A stretch of 64,000 nucleotides of DNA from Dicyema japonicum (taxonomy: Eukaryota; Animalia; Dicyemida), in contig RDEW01000017.1 in the NCBI GenBank assembly GCA_011109175.1, forward strand, positions 1,030,671-1,094,670. The letters run 5' to 3'. Numbering within the stretch: the stretch's first letter is position 1; each line of letters opens with the position of its first letter. The notes under the pieces were generated by a model. It was not told the origin of the DNA. It searched no databases and worked only from the letters and a program-made list of their open reading frames with translations. The position numbers and the translations under genes are program-made. This document shows positions 28,056 to 42,030 of the stretch, in pieces.

Positions 28056-28282
28056 AGAAATCAAATATCTTACTTTTGCTTGAATCATATCCACACACCA
28101 AATGATGAAGGCAAAGACACCATCAAAAGAGACGAGCTGAGGTCTTATCAAATACTCATGCCTGTCTTATCAGATACTCATGGCTGTCACGTGAGCAATT
28201 GAGTAATCCGAATTTTTCTACTATTTGTTGCATGCTCATTTTTGTAAATCCAAAGGAAAGCTGCTTTTAATTCAGATTTATA

Positions 28283-28318
28283 ATAATAATAAAGCCTTTT
28301 CACGAGAGCCATAGTATT
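28283..28318 (-). mobile_element. Isolated SINE/RTE 3' tail
   Basis: The reverse complement ttaatactatggctctcgtgaaaaggctttattattatta matches the SINE tail at 50540-50580. Confidence 0.8.
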
Positions 28319-29486
28319 AACAAATAATTTTTTTTAACAATAAACAAATTTAAAATTTTTTAATTCAAATTAATTTATAAGATTTATTATTAAGTATTAT
28401 ATTAAAATAAAATTTCTCCTTCTAAAAAAGTCATAGAAATTGTCGAAAGGAGTAATATTTTTGTATGCCGACTGATCCAAAGTGCATTGTCCGGAAAGCT
28501 GAGGTCGAAGGAGATCTCCTCGCTAGGAGGGAAACACTATAGATAGTCATTAACCCATATTTTTGGGATTTATCTAATGTTGAAATGCATTGGCATTTTA
28601 ATTAACATAATTAGTAATGATATGAGACATTTTCGATTAATCATCCTTTTGGGATTTCTCTAATATAGAAAGACATCCATATTTTTCGTTTCATGAATCA
28701 TTCCAAGACCACGTTTGAATGCTTATTCGAAACAAATGACTTTAGTACCAGATTGATGATCCCTCAAACTTCTAACTATCCTAGAAGTCACAATCTCGTT
28801 TCCTCACAATCTATGTTGGGAACTATTATTATAAGCACTTATCTTTGTCATAATGGTCATATAGCTAAGAATGTGCAACAAAAGAAATAATGTTATTAGT
28901 TATCCTCCTTCCATCAATTGATATCAGCTCGTCCAGAGGCATTTCCTCACTCTTTAGAGGTCTTTGTTCAGTATGATAGGGAATTTAACCATTGGTCGGC
29001 CACAGATGTATTTCCACTCGAACAGCCAAGCCACTTAAAATCTCTGGTTCACGGAAAAATCAGTATCTATAACGCCGAATGCATCTGGTTGATGCAATCC
29101 GTCCAGGATTTTCCAGGTCTGAAGCCACATTGTTCTGCGAAAAGGAAACCACTCTCTTCTATGTGGTCGTTTAGCCTCTTGAAGATAATTCGTTCAACAA
29201 TCTTGGAAATAGAGCAGATGAGGCTGATCGACCTATAGATGAAAGGGTCCCTCCCCGACTTTCCTGGTTTCAGGATCATTCTGACTATGGAGGTTTCCAG
29301 CGTTTGGAGACATAGCCATAATCTATGCTCGTGTTGAATAAATTCTTCAGTATGAGCAGTAGATCCTCTGGGCCTTTTTTGAACAATCTCATGCTAATAT
29401 GGTCATGTCCAGGGGCGTTAGCTTTGCATGTTTTAATGCTAATCATGATGTCCTCTTTCGTTATCTTCATTTCAGTATCTTTGAGA
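28318..29486 (-). repeat. Composite duplicated unit (jockey RT piece, RTE 3' end and ~600 bp flank); inverted copy at 42648-43488
   Basis: The ~600 bp flank is near-identical in both copies; the ORFs MNHSKTTFECLFETNDF.. at 28693 and 43112 differ at few residues. The 42.6 kb copy lacks ~310 bp corresponding to 28908-29228. Confidence 0.92.
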
Positions 29487-30965
29487 TCATCCAAAGATTA
29501 TGCTAGAATTTCTTGTGAAGCATATAACTTTTCCCTTAAGATCTGCTCTATCGGGTTGACCCTTTAAATGCGGTCTAGTTGCTTCTTAAAGATATCTGGG
29601 GCTTCTTCCATAGAAGATGATTTACCTTCTGGCTTGGTCAAAGAGATTTTCATGTCATTCCTTTTTTGGCCAGTTATTCTTTTGTAGAATTTCCAGAACG
29701 AGGGGTCTTTGGTGTTTAGTTTGCTTGCCTCGGTCCTCAGACATTGTTCTTGAGACAGTCTTATTCTCACTTCAATGGCTTTTTGATTATTCAGTTGACC
29801 TTTTTTTGATTATCTTCAGTCAGTATTGTTCTTCAATGACTTTTTTGATTATCTTCAGTTACAATTCGGTCCATCTAGTTGACACATCTTCTGAGTTTGT
29901 TCCTCAGGCGGTTTCTTTCATTAATCATTGATGCTCTTCCCATAATTGTACTTGAAAGTCTCATTTTTGCGTAAAGTATTAAGTATCTCTCCATCAAAAT
30001 TGAAAAGTCTTTGTCTATGTTGTCAATATCATTTCGGGAATAAGGTCCCTCCTTCCAGTTTTTTAAGGTTTCTAGATATGTATCTTCTAAAGTGTTCCCA
30101 ATTTAGTCTTGATAGGTCCTGTAAACACTGACTCCGTAGTGTTCCGGAGCCAGGTTCAGTGACATCTCTTGGGGGATGTGGTCGCTCCTGATGTCCCACA
30201 TGATCATCGGTCTCCCCACATATGTGTAGAGCAGTGGTGACACCAAGAACACGCCAACCAAATCTCCACCGTAATGCGAGAAGTGATTCGGCTTCTCCGA
30301 CTTCATGATCTCGAAGCCAGTCTTATCACTCAATTTTCTTAGGCTGATTCTATCCTTGTTAGTCCCGAGGAATCCATATTTAATGTTCTTGGCGTTTAGA
30401 TTTCCCACTAAGACAGACATATCGCTTCCTGCGAAGAATTCTTCAATTTCTGTGGAGCACTTTCTGAGGTCTTTTGAATACATCCCTCCAATGTGTATCC
30501 AGCGGCCACAACAGCGCACCTCGACGGAAACAAATTCACAATGTGTATTCACAATAACTTCTGGCTCATGTATCTGTAGAACATCACTGTAGAACAATGT
30601 GGTTCCAGTACCAGCTTCTGCACCTTCGACCCATGTTATTTCTATAGAATTATATCCCTGTAGTATTGTAGTGTTGGTCTTTTTCACCTTGGTCTCGTTG
30701 ATCACCAGGATGTCAATCTTGGTTGACGACAGGAGTAGTGCCAGGTCATGACGCTTCTTCCTCAGGGATCGGGCGTTCACCAGCACTATCTTCAGGTTTC
30801 TTTTCAATTTTCTTTTTGGTGGCCCGGGTTCTCCATGGCCAGGTCCACCATTCTTCGTAAATCCACCTCGAGTATGCCGCTTAGTTCCTTCAGTCTTGAT
30901 ATTATTTCCTCAAGTTCTTTTGCAAATCTCCCTGCTATCTTTTCCTGAGTCTCCCCATCCACCAA
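29040..30965 (-). mobile_element. Jockey/I-like LINE (short upstream ORF, APE and 5' RT), fused to an RTE 3' end
   Basis: KIVLVNARSL..DILVINETKV..VGNLNAK..RSDHIP (APE), KANAPGHDHI, YRSISLICSISKIVERII and EQCGFRPGKS. Confidence 0.9.
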
Positions 30966-31799
30966 CACGTCGCTATTAACTATAATATTGCCTAGGTCTC
31001 TAAATTGTATTATCGGAGGATGCTATTCGGTCGGATGCTCTCCTGGCATGTGAGTGAACTACCGAAATGTTTTTTGTGTATATTTGGATATTCCTAATAA
31101 AAAAGAACCCTACGGAGATGTTCCAACAGTATAACCGCTAAGGGGATTTTGCTAGATAGTGAGTGTAGTATAGGCATGTGGTGGATTTTACTGTTCCGGA
31201 AAATAAGGTGAGATTAAAGTTTCTATACGTCTGCCTTATTGGTAATTTTGGATAAAAAACGAGATCCCTTTCATTTTGTTAGTTAGACTGTCTTACGTAA
31301 ACCCTCATTCTTAAGTCATAACCATAATAACACCAAATTTGAGGAGTTTCACGTTGCTTTAGTATTCATACTTCCAGTATTTCCCAACTTTATACGGGCT
31401 ATGCTGAAAGTATAATGTCTTTTAGTTTGTTCGTCTAATTTCCTAGGGGGTTTACTGAGTTGTCTTTTCCACGGCCTGTAAGTGGACGGAGTCTGGTTGT
31501 GGTCAGCTCCACAAGAGGCTCTTATCTGACATTAGAAAATGTTGTTGTTGTTTTTATTTAGTTGGTTTTTTTTCTACTACCAAAATGGACTGTTCGATAG
31601 CGGGAGGAAGCTCTTTTTTAGGTTCGCTGTTTTTGTTAATTCAAAACAAAGATTATTTGGTCTGATTGTAGACGTCGAGAATATGAAGTTAGCAGCTTAT
31701 CTCGAATATAAGTTTGGGTGCTCTAAGAAGGGGAAGAGAATGTTTGCTTGTTTACCTTAAGTATTACAATAAACAGCACTTTATTAAAAAAACTTTCAA

Positions 31800-32330
31800 C
31801 CGATTTAATCGATTTTATATGACTTGACTTTACCGTTGACTGAGACTCCTAAACTTCCCAGGGTCGTTCTCCAGGTTATCGGCATTACAGCTTGTCTTTT
31901 TGAATATGACTTCGCCGGGTCTCTCCAAAATAATGTTGAAACAGCAGGGACTGTAAAGGTTTCAGACAAAATATCGAAGTTGTGGTAAAATTCCTTGATT
32001 AGACGATTTATCATGGAATCGCTCCCAAGGAGATGTTTGGGTTAGATTTATTACATACTCTCAAGAGTTTTCTTCAATAAAAGAGATTGAATGTAACCAT
32101 ACGATTATATTCAATGACTCTCCAACAAGAAATTACTATCCCCGGAGTCAAAAGGTTGTTTGACATCCATCCATGCGATAAACCTCCATTCTTATTTACT
32201 TTATTGAGTATTTATTAATGAGGGCTTGTTCCTTAGCCCGTGCCATATTGTCATTGTGCACATTTGATTTTCACAAGAAGATTAAATTCGTCCACATTTT
32301 ATTAATACATTTTGTCATCAACTTGTAGAG
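31800..32330 (-). mobile_element. RT fragment of a microsporidia-like R4/RLE retroelement
   Basis: G.KEQALINK..WMDVKQPFDS resembles the AKEQALINK..WIDVKKAFDS block of this family as I recall it. Confidence 0.6.
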
Positions 32331-32349
32331 CGAGTCCTTTGCAGATGAT

Positions 32350-32420
32350 CCGGTTCTGTAGTCAAGCATTCACTCGTCGTATTCAAAGCATAGTAGATAC
32401 GTGGAACCTACAGACGTAAC
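32350..32420 (-). mobile_element. Degenerate SINE core fragment
   Basis: cactcgtc..aaagcatagtagatacgtggaacc aligns with the SINE core at 48955-48998. Confidence 0.55.
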
Positions 32421-32539
32421 GTAGAGCAGTGAGATTTCGAGGAAATTATGAATTTGCCCCTGATTTATGACACTGCGTCATCCCGGCTATATTAAGTTCA
32501 TAAATTCTGATTAAAAACTATCTTTTCGATTCCGACATT

Positions 32540-33000
32540 TATTTTATTTAACCACCATTGCGTATTCTGGTGGTATGTTGGAGACATCAAATTTCTTTAC
32601 TCGGGTATTCCAAGAGTTACTGAATTTCGTCCTAATTTTTGCAACAAGTAGCTCTGTTCCACAGTCTGCCCCTGGATATGTTTTGACGGTTGTTATAGAG
32701 CTTTTCCAACGATTGGCGCACAAAATATAATCAATCTGGTTCAGAGACATTCCATTTGGCGACGTCCAAGTGTATAATCGTCGTTTGTGCTGTTTGAACC
32801 ACGTGTTAGTTATCTGAAATCCATTTTCCTAACAGAATTGGACCAGTCGATCCCCAGCGTCATTTCTTTTCCCCAAACCAAAACTTCCCACAATATCCGT
32901 ATGTGGCATACACTCAACTTTTGAATTGAAATCCCCCATTATGTAGATTATGTCCTTTTTGGGAATTAGTTTTAGTACCTCTTGAAATTCATAATAAAAT
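32540..33000 (-). mobile_element. RTE-clade APE endonuclease fragment
   Basis: FYYEFQEVLKLIPKKDIIYIMGDFNSKV..RNDAGDRLVQFC and NQIDYILCANRWKSSITTVKTYPGADCG. Confidence 0.88.
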
Positions 33001-33299
33001 TGGTCAATTGATACTAAAACAACGTGAAACTCCTCAAATTTGGTGTTATTGGTCAATTGACCAATTTTATTCCACATTGGTTCCACATTTTCAATGACTA
33101 AACATTTTCTTTTTTCGTTTGCTCTTGATTAAATTAATTCCAAAAACCACTGTTAAACCGAAAAAACTAAACTAAATGATCCATACGAATTGGATTAAGG
33201 CTCTCATCTTTGCTCGGTGTTGATCCCTTGAGCCTACAAAAGTTCGTTACGGACGAGCACTTTCTTTTTGGCATTGGTGTCCATTTTTGTTTTTTTCGA

Positions 33300-33790
33300 T
33301 TACCATGATTACTATTATTATTAAAAACCAAAAATCACCGACAAATTAAATAACTACATAGCCGTCAGTGATTCCGTCTGCCTTGAGCAGCAATCTTATT
33401 CTTGCTCGGTGTTCTTCCGGGTTCCAACGCATTTCCGGATTGGGCGAGGGTTTCTAACTTTATTGGAGGGTAGTAAGGCTCCGGTTTTCCTCACTAATTC
33501 TTCAAAAGGTGTAGAATTTACAGGTTTCCAAAACCTCACTGGCCTTTTTTTGGAAGGTATTGATTTTTTCTATATTCCTGTTTGATAGTTTGGTTCCCCA
33601 TGCAGCACACCCGTAAATTAGAGACGGTTGTATATACTGCACGTAGAGCGAGTCCAAATTTGAGTTGAAACACCCATTATTTTGTCCAAGGAGTGTTTTA
33701 ACAAAATTTAGCTTTCGTTGTGCCGAGGAGATAACGTTGTCAATGTGTTTGCTGAAGGTCAAGAGTGGTCGTAAGTTACGCCCAGTATCT
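33300..33790 (-). mobile_element. 3' end of jockey-like LINE
   Basis: MTFSKHIDNVISSAQRKLNFVK..YGCAAWGTKLSNRNIEKINTFQ; same 3' UTR as 20165-20515. Confidence 0.88.
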
Positions 33791-34016
33791 TGACCGAGTT
33801 GGTCGTGGGGATTGAGTTTCCATTTATCTTCTGTTTATGTGAAAATTGTTGTATATTAACAACAATCGACATGTTTAAATTTATAATAAATAAAATATTG
33901 CTTGACAACAATTTAAATATTTATGACTTCATGTATTAAATACAATTCGCCATGCGGGAATCAACCAGTAATTATTTTATCACAAAAAGTTACAATCTGG
34001 ACAGCTATGCGACAAA

Positions 34017-37000
34017 ATGTCCTCGGAAGAGTGGTTGAGATTGAACGGCCTCGATAAATTAAACTTGACATTACAGGAATTGATTTATAAGGGAAAATTG
34101 TCAAAGTAAGCTAAAGTAAAAAGTGCAGACCAATTCCTAATGAATCATCGGGGACATACGAACAGCAGTTATTTTTCGATTCAACAGAAATTGCTGAGTT
34201 CGAATATAACATTTTCAAGTAAAATCACTACTGACTTTAGTCGGCTTCAGCTGTACGCTCAGAGAATTAATTTACTATTAAATGGAAGCCAGAAAGTACA
34301 ATTTACGGATTCATTTAAGTTATTTGGATTCTTAAAGGGCAACCAAGTTGGCATTGCTGTCGATGTTTCGGACTCTAGCTGCAGTCCTGGCAGGATTGAA
34401 AATCTAAAAAGTGCTTTGATGGTTCGATTTCTAATTTTACTAAAGTACCTAACGGACGAACAACTCAACAAGAAAAGATCTCTGTTTCTTGTTTCAGTGG
34501 GAACAGACATAAATCCCTTGTGGAGAACATCTGAACAGTTGAACTGCGAACTGTCGTGATGTCGTGTTTATCGTAGAATAAATAGCATTCGACTCTGGAT
34601 TTCCAACTTCCAGCCCTCGGGAGGATTTAATATAATAAAGGCCATAAAGTCGATTCTGAAAATTCCAGACCTTGATGGGATATACATTATTCTTTCGACG
34701 AGGTATTTATGTCCTTAATGAAAGACCGGATCAATCGTTCGACCTTGTAAAACAGTTTATAGAGGAGACTGTCATAGGAACTGATATTAGGATCAATTTC
34801 ATCGTTTTTGACTCCAAAGATATTTCCCTTTTAGTAAAATAGATTTTTTTCCTAGAAATATGTCGAAGAACTAGCCAAAATCACAAATGGAAGTTTTCAC
34901 TGCTTCTCCTTTGGAGATGAAGTTCAGTCATTGTCACACTTTTAGAGCATCCACGAGTACAGCACGGACATACAATTAATTTTGCAAGAAATCAAAAACG
35001 GGGAGCAAATCCTCAAGGAAATTGAAAAACTACGAAGTGACATCTTTGACAAGAGTTTTACGACAATCATGAACAATGTTGAATATTTTAGTTACTTTAG
35101 ATTTCCGAAGAGGTTCAAAAAATTTCCGTTACTAAATTCATGCCATGTCCTCCATTTCACGAATCTCCACTAAATATCAAGTCTTCACTTATTTCCCAGC
35201 CACTCTCTCAATGGTTGAAGGAAAATGGCCTCAAAGCCAAACGCCTTGATATCCACCAGGTTTTACAGCACAACTCATATCCGTACATTGAAGAATTCGT
35301 ACCCTCAATAAATAAGACAGTCTACTCACAAGTCTACGAGGTTTGGAAAATGGGTTACTTTCAAGAAAGTCATGATTCAGTTTCCATGGAATGACGGAAC
35401 TGTTAGGAATGTTCACGTGGATTTACCCGAATTATTTGAATATCAGAAGAACCTCGCTTCTGTGGTGGAATTTTACAGAAAGAAGGTAGAAAAAATGATC
35501 AAATCAAGCCACAAACTGTTCGGTTCAATCGTTGAAAAAAAGTTATTTGAGCTTTCACGTTAGTGTTGTCATCGTGGTTGACTTGTCGATGATGAATTTT
35601 AACTATCTCGTTCACATACAGCACTCCCTCAGACTTGTCATGGAGGAGCAACTATTGGGGAGACAATACTTCAACATGATAGGGTTTACTGTTTAACCAA
35701 TTCAAGTTATGGGTCGTCTTTGCATGTACTTTCCAGAGAAATGATCAAAATATCAAAAGAAAGTTTGGAATTTGCATGGAGGTAACAGTTTTCATAATCT
35801 CAGGTGGGTCCTTCAGTTGCAGTGCTGTGGCAGCAGAAACCTGTTGAGTACATTAATGCATGTTTCTGAAAATAGTAGAAACGTCGAGGGGACGATAGGT
35901 CCTTTATATGAACATTTAAGGTGTCTATCTGCTCGCAAGTGGTGTACCTGATCAGTCAATGGAAGTTATTCGGTCATTCCTTGAGGAGATTTGCGTTGAA
36001 GAGCAAATAAAATTCCACGTGTCACTTTATAGCATTAATCAAAACAACAAAGAAGTTGTTCCCAGTCGTTATGCCGGAATTGACAAAACGGCAGAATTAT
36101 ACAGAACCTTAGCACATCTAACGGGTGGAAGATTCCATTGGTTTGGGGAAAAAGGTTCTCCCAAAGACGAATTTAAGGTGTGATTGAAAGCGATGATATT
36201 GTTTTGCTGACCAAGGAGATTGAGAAGGCTCTGAAGTACTCATCAAATTGTTCTTGGCTGGCTGAGCAAGTGAAACTGAAATATCCAAAAATGGAAGTAA
36301 AATATGCGTATCTCTAAAATAGACAGACCACCCACCAAGTAAGATTGAATACAAAAAGTACCAAAACTATGGAAACCAATCAGCCAAGAATACCGTTACT
36401 TCAGTAGCTAGAAGGGTTGCTATAAGATAAATTCTAGCAACTAAGCGACATTCGGAGAAATTTGACTTCTGAGAACTCTAAATATTCAAAACTAAGGAAT
36501 ATCGACACGCCAGAGAAAGTATTCCAAAAAGGTACCAATAGTCATCATTTCAAGTCGACAAGTTATACTTTAGGCACCAGAAAAATGTCCCAAAGACAGC
36601 GAAAACAGGTGGAATTAGCAAAGTTGACTTTTAGCCTCAAATCTCATTGATCGGGCAAAAAAGTACCGAGTAGACACGAACTCTTTAAAACTCCCAAAAA
36701 CCGAAGATTCTGTTTCTTCCGCGAGCGTTTTAATTTTTGTTAGAAATTTAGTGGCTTAAACATTATTCGCTGAAAAAATTGAATCTTTCCTTTGACGAAT
36801 TAATAATCAAGACTGGCCACCGACATAAAATGGACTTGACAAAAATTATCAACAAAATCACGGAATCAAGGTAATAACAACTCCCAATTGAAGGCACTGT
36901 GACAATTCTTTCACGGTAACCATAAATGGGAATCGACAACACATAAATATGCTTTACGACGAATTGGAAAATTACGAGAAAACACTCATATTTGTCCTCA

Positions 37001-37842
37001 AACGGTACATCAAAAGAATGCTATGGCTTTTGAACGGTTATGGGGGTTAAACATTTGAGCAGACAGTCGGGAAGTTTTCGGATCTGTGATTGAGAAGAAC
37101 GCGGTTATAATGATAGACTCCTCAGGGTCTATGGTCACCCAGATGAAGACTTTAAGGGAGTCCCTGAAAGCATTGATATACAAGCAGTTGGAGAGAAATG
37201 GAAACTACACCTTCGTCGCCTTTGCCGACGGGAATAAAAAGTGGCGTTCCCAACTCACAGAATTAACTCATCAAAACTCCCAGGATGCTCTTTTATGGTG
37301 CTCATCTCTGGATTGCATTGGAAATACAAATATACTGGACAATTTGGCTGTAACTTTACTAAATATTCTAAGGAATGCTCACAAATTGGAGGGGTTGAAG
37401 CCATTTATTTGATAACGGATAAAACACATCTCACAGACAGTGCCGAACTACAAGACTTTCTCAGTGAAGTGGGCGTTAGAATCAATACAATTTCTTACTA
37501 TAAAAACTTTAAGCACAGGTTTTTATATTTTCTAAATATACCAGTCGGGGAGACCTACCATTATCGTTCCTAAGTTGTAAAACTGGGGGAAGATATCATA
37601 TCAACATGAATTATACAAACATCCGGAAAACATTGCATAGCTTGCTTAAAGACGAATTTAACGATCCTAATGTTGAGACAATTCAATTCACTTTTAGGAT
37701 CCAAAATTAGAATTGCCTGAAAGTACTGATTTGCAATGTCTTGGGGAAGAAATACAAAAATGCAGAAATTTTATTGGCCGTTCAAGAGAATTAAGGTTTT
37801 TGTATTTATTAATAAATTAGAGCTATATACACTAACAAATAA
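34017..37842 (+). CDS. VWA3A: von Willebrand factor A domain-containing protein 3A (motile-cilium associated), many exons
   Basis: SEEWLRLNGL, FGFLKGNQVGIAVDVS, WLKENGLKAKRLDIHQVL, EEFVPSINKTV, MIQFPWNDGTVRNVHVD, HIQHSLRLVMEEQL and GGRFHWFGEKG match VWA3A in order. Introns are 21-25 nt. The start could lie slightly upstream (ATG at 33953). Confidence 0.9.
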
Positions 37843-37959
37843 ACATTATATTAATATAATTTAAATAATTGAAAGTTTAATTATTTTACATTGAGTTCGG
37901 ATTAATGAGGGTTTACTTTATAGGGTTTTCCTATCAACTAACGACAATAGTCATCAATA

Positions 37960-38370
37960 CGATACTGGAGCAGAATAAAAACGATTTTTTTAGTATTTAG
38001 TCGAATTTCAACCCTAATGACCGCATTAAACAACCAGGAAAATGAAATAAACAATTGAAAGGAAAGGCGCAAAATCTCAAATGAAGTCAGAGAACTTGCT
38101 ATTAACCACGCTAAGAATAATTTTGGCAGTACTGAAATCTCCCGAGGCAGACCAAGAAATACACTTCCAATTTGCTTAAAAGATGATTACAAAACAATCG
38201 GTCGTAAATTGGTGACAGCAGACGACCTGGATGATGTTCGAATGAGGGCCAGAAACAAGTTGCCATTGGCCAATTTCTAAATTGGCCACATTTTGAAAAA
38301 TTTCTTAGAAAAATCCTATTCTTCTCATTAACTGGCCAATTTTTAAAAAAACCGAATATGTGTCCTACAG
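37960..38370 (+). mobile_element. Possible Tc1/mariner-like remnant
   Basis: HTH-like RRKISNEVRELAINHA..SRGRPR segment and repeated ttggccaa motifs. No DDE core was seen. Confidence 0.3.
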
Positions 38371-38389
38371 GTCAAACTAAATGATTGAT

Positions 38390-41125
38390 GCCCGTCCAAG
38401 AGTCTATTAACTGTCATAATGTCTATGCAGTAATCAAGAACCCCGGTGAGCTCGAGGAGTTCTACTCAGAACTATCAAGCACATAGTCTAATAATGCTTT
38501 CTCGTCTTTTGTCTTTGTTGCGGGAGATATGAATGCAAAGGCCGGAATGCGAATGGGAGCCGAAGAATCCTCTATTGGAAGACACGGGTGCGGAAAGAGA
38601 AATGCATTTGGAGCCTCTCTGGAACTTATGCGAGGAAAAATAACCTATTGTTGTGCAACACGGCCTTCACGCACTCAGCTCGCCACAAGACGACATGGCA
38701 CGGACAAATAAAAAACTCTGCCGGGAGACTGTGAATATATCAATCAAATCGACTAGATTATCTGCCGAAAGTCTGATAACACCGGCTAAATGATGCACGT
38801 TCTTACCAGAGACAACAACTGACAGCGACCATAGGATCGTTATTGCAGAACTGTTTGTAAAAAAACACTTAACTGGGAAAAAATATATTGAAAACGCGAA
38901 AAAGGCGAGATAAAGGCCCAATATATACTTTCAGACAGAAAAGTTGTGGTTAGAGCCCACCTGTACTTTGACTTGCTGGTAGGTATAGATCCGCCACACT
39001 TTTTATCCGGCTCAGTGCAATGTTTACAAGCACCTTGCGTATCGAGTTCAGAAGTAGGCGGATATTTTCTACTGGTCCTTTTGCTTTGTTCGGTTTTAAA
39101 TATCACGAAAAAATCGAGACTTTCATAAAGAAAACCGCACCGGAATTATCAGCACGAACTCTGTGAAATCAAACAAAGCAGGCAATCTCCAAGTCGGCCG
39201 ATATATGCTTTGGAGTTCGAAATCATCACACCCTAAAATTGGATCACCACCCGAACGTGTCAGATATGGCATAGCATTGCAGAGAGCTACAGCTAAAAGC
39301 GGCAAACACGTCAAACGAGAGTATAAAAGAGATCTTAAAATCCAACAAAATGAACTAAAATGGAAAATTAAAAAGATGAACAGACAACATTCACGAGAGA
39401 AATTATTACATTCCTATTAAAAGATGTGAAATGCCTAAAGGATAATTCACAGATGTTTGCGGCTGCTGCGGACAAAGAAAGGACAAAACGTCCTTCACAT
39501 CAAAAATAAAGAAGGAAAATTCGTGGGTAACCCAAAGAAAAAGCCTAATTGATTGCACGACATTTTGAAATATTATTGAATAGAAAATGAGGACTTTCCC
39601 CTATCCAGGAGAACTGAGGGAACTATAGAATCCAATCACAGTGGAAGAAGTGGTATCAGCTCTAAATAAATTAAGAATAAAAGAGTGCAAGGCCGGAGAA
39701 CATAAGTTCTGAGCTATTAAGATATGGGCCAAAAAAACTTTGCGAACAATTGCAAAAACCCTAAATGACATCTTTGAAACCAATACCGATCTAGGACTTG
39801 GAAATAGAATATTAATACCCATACAAAAACCGAACAAAGCAAAAGGACCAGTAGAAAATCTCCGCTACTTCTGAACTCGATATGCAAGGTGCTGGCAAAC
39901 ATTGGACTTAGCCGGATGAAAAGTGTGGCGGATCAATCCCTACCAGCAAGTCAAATTGGGTTCCGAAAAAGGAAATCTACGGCAGGCATAAATGACGCTG
40001 TGCAACGTACCAAAGATTCAAGAGCGCAACCATCGTGTTGGGAATAGATCTCTCCAGAGCTTTTGACTCAATAAACAGACAGAAATTGATGAATGTAGTT
40101 GAGCAAATATTGGATGAATCGTCGGTTAAGATAATCAAATTACTACTTTCGAACACAAGACTATATGTGAGGACAGAAGAAACAACTTCCCGTAGTTTCA
40201 AAACAACGATTGGGACACCCCAGAATGATTCCCTCTCCCCTTTACTATTCACCATATACCTTGAATCTGCACTCCGCGACCTCCGTAAATGCTATATAGG
40301 AGACATAGAAGAGACATCTTATGCTGATGATGTGGATTTCGTATTACGGGACGCGACCGCACTCACACCTGCTAGAAAATGCACATGCGGAGCTTGAGAA
40401 ATGGTTTGTCAGCGTAAATGTTAACAAAACTGAAATTACGGAAATCAAAAGAAAAGACGATATTACTCATGAAAGATGGAGGTACTAATAAGCTCGGCTT
40501 CTATTAGGAGACGCTAAAGATGTATTAAGGAGGAAACACTGGCAAATGCGGCAATGGCTAAACTGAGGAAAGGATGGCTATGAGCCAAGGGACTTGGAAT
40601 TGACATCAGATGCAGGCTTTACAATGGCGTTTGTGACACCGATCCTGCTGTACACTGCTGAGACATGGGGAAGTTCCTTCAACAAACTATTGAAACTAGA
40701 TTCGTTCCATAGAAGGCACTAAGAAGCTTACTCGGAATGGAGTGGCCACGTAGAATTTCAACCACTGGTATTTATAACAAGTGTGTGTGTTCCGTACATC
40801 AGCAAGGATGTGATAGATGCCCGGTGGAGGCTATTTGGGCATGTATTAAGAATGAACCCGGACCCACCCGCTAACAAAGCGATTGGAAGATTACTTTGAC
40901 AGTTGCGACAAACCTTTCCGTGGACGACCTAGATCGACACTCCCGACTGCCTTAAACTAAGATCTAAATCGTGTGAAAAAAATCTAAAGACGGGGGACGA
41001 CCTGGACGAATTGAGATCACTAGCATTCGACAGAGGAAGATGGAAAAAACTAACTATAAATATTGTTAACATGAGTGTTCACATGTGGGGCTATAAACAT
41101 TATGGGTTTTGTGAAAGTGCCTTAA
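38390..41125 (+). mobile_element. Near full-length decayed RTE-clade LINE with an internal inverted insert
   Basis: APE (LTVINVYA, AGDMNAKAG, QIDYI), RT (GIDLSRAFDSI, GTPQNDSLSPLLF, YADD), RWRLFGHVLRM, and a 3' UTR ending gctataaacattatgggttttgtgaaagtgcc. Confidence 0.9.
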
Positions 41126-41129
41126 TAAT

Positions 41130-42030
41130 GCCCTATCTCCATAACTTGCGCCTTGTCAAAAGTGAGACTCTTATTAGGCCGTGTGCATTGGAAATTGTGA
41201 AGACAGTTCTGGGTCCAGACGCCTCTCGAAAACTGCAGCAGATTCCTTTATATAATAGTTGTATCCGGGATCGAATTAATTGTATCAGCGATGATATTCT
41301 TAAACAAGTTGTTTCGGACATAAAGAATTCTTGCATTAAGATTTCAATCCAGTTGGATGAATCTACCCATGTTAATAATTGCAGTCAACTAATTTGCTTC
41401 GTTTGTTATATACAAAAAAATTTAATTGCCGAAGAGTTTTTTTTCAAACTTTTTTTAATAAACACGATATTCCATTGAAAATTATCGGGTCAATCTGCAC
41501 GGACGTTGCTCTAGTTATGCTGGGGAACAGGTCAGGGTTTGCAGCCCTTTTAAGAAAACATGTTCCAGATGTAACAGTCACTCACTGTATCCTTCATCGA
41601 CATGCACTCGTATCTAAGTCTCTGCCATGAAGTTAAAAGATGTCTTGAATTCATGTGTCAAAATCGTAAGTTTTCGAGGAAGTGCTTTGAATCATAGATT
41701 GTTCAAAGCATTATGTACTGATTATGGTGCTGACGCCACTGTTCTCTTGTATCATACTGATGGTTAGATGGCTATCAAGAGGCCGTGTTTTAACAAGATA
41801 ATTATTCTCAGACGTGAAATCGAACAATTTTTATTGAAAAAAACTCTGAACTATTTGATTATTTCAAATCTCCAAATTTTTTGATTTTTGTGGCATATTT
41901 GGCTGACATATTCAACCATCTTAACCAGTTGATCTTTAAATTCAAGGGAATAGCATTATAAATGCTTCTGACAATCTACGTGCCTTCAGGAATAAACTGT
42001 TATTATGGAGTCGACGTATTCAAGACAATA
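41130..42030 (+). mobile_element. hAT Buster/SPIN-like transposase remnant
   Basis: ISIQLDESTHVNNCSQLICFV, ICTDVA..MLG.RSGF, THCILHRHALVSKSLP, RWLSRG.V and AYLADIF.HLN. Confidence 0.9.
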
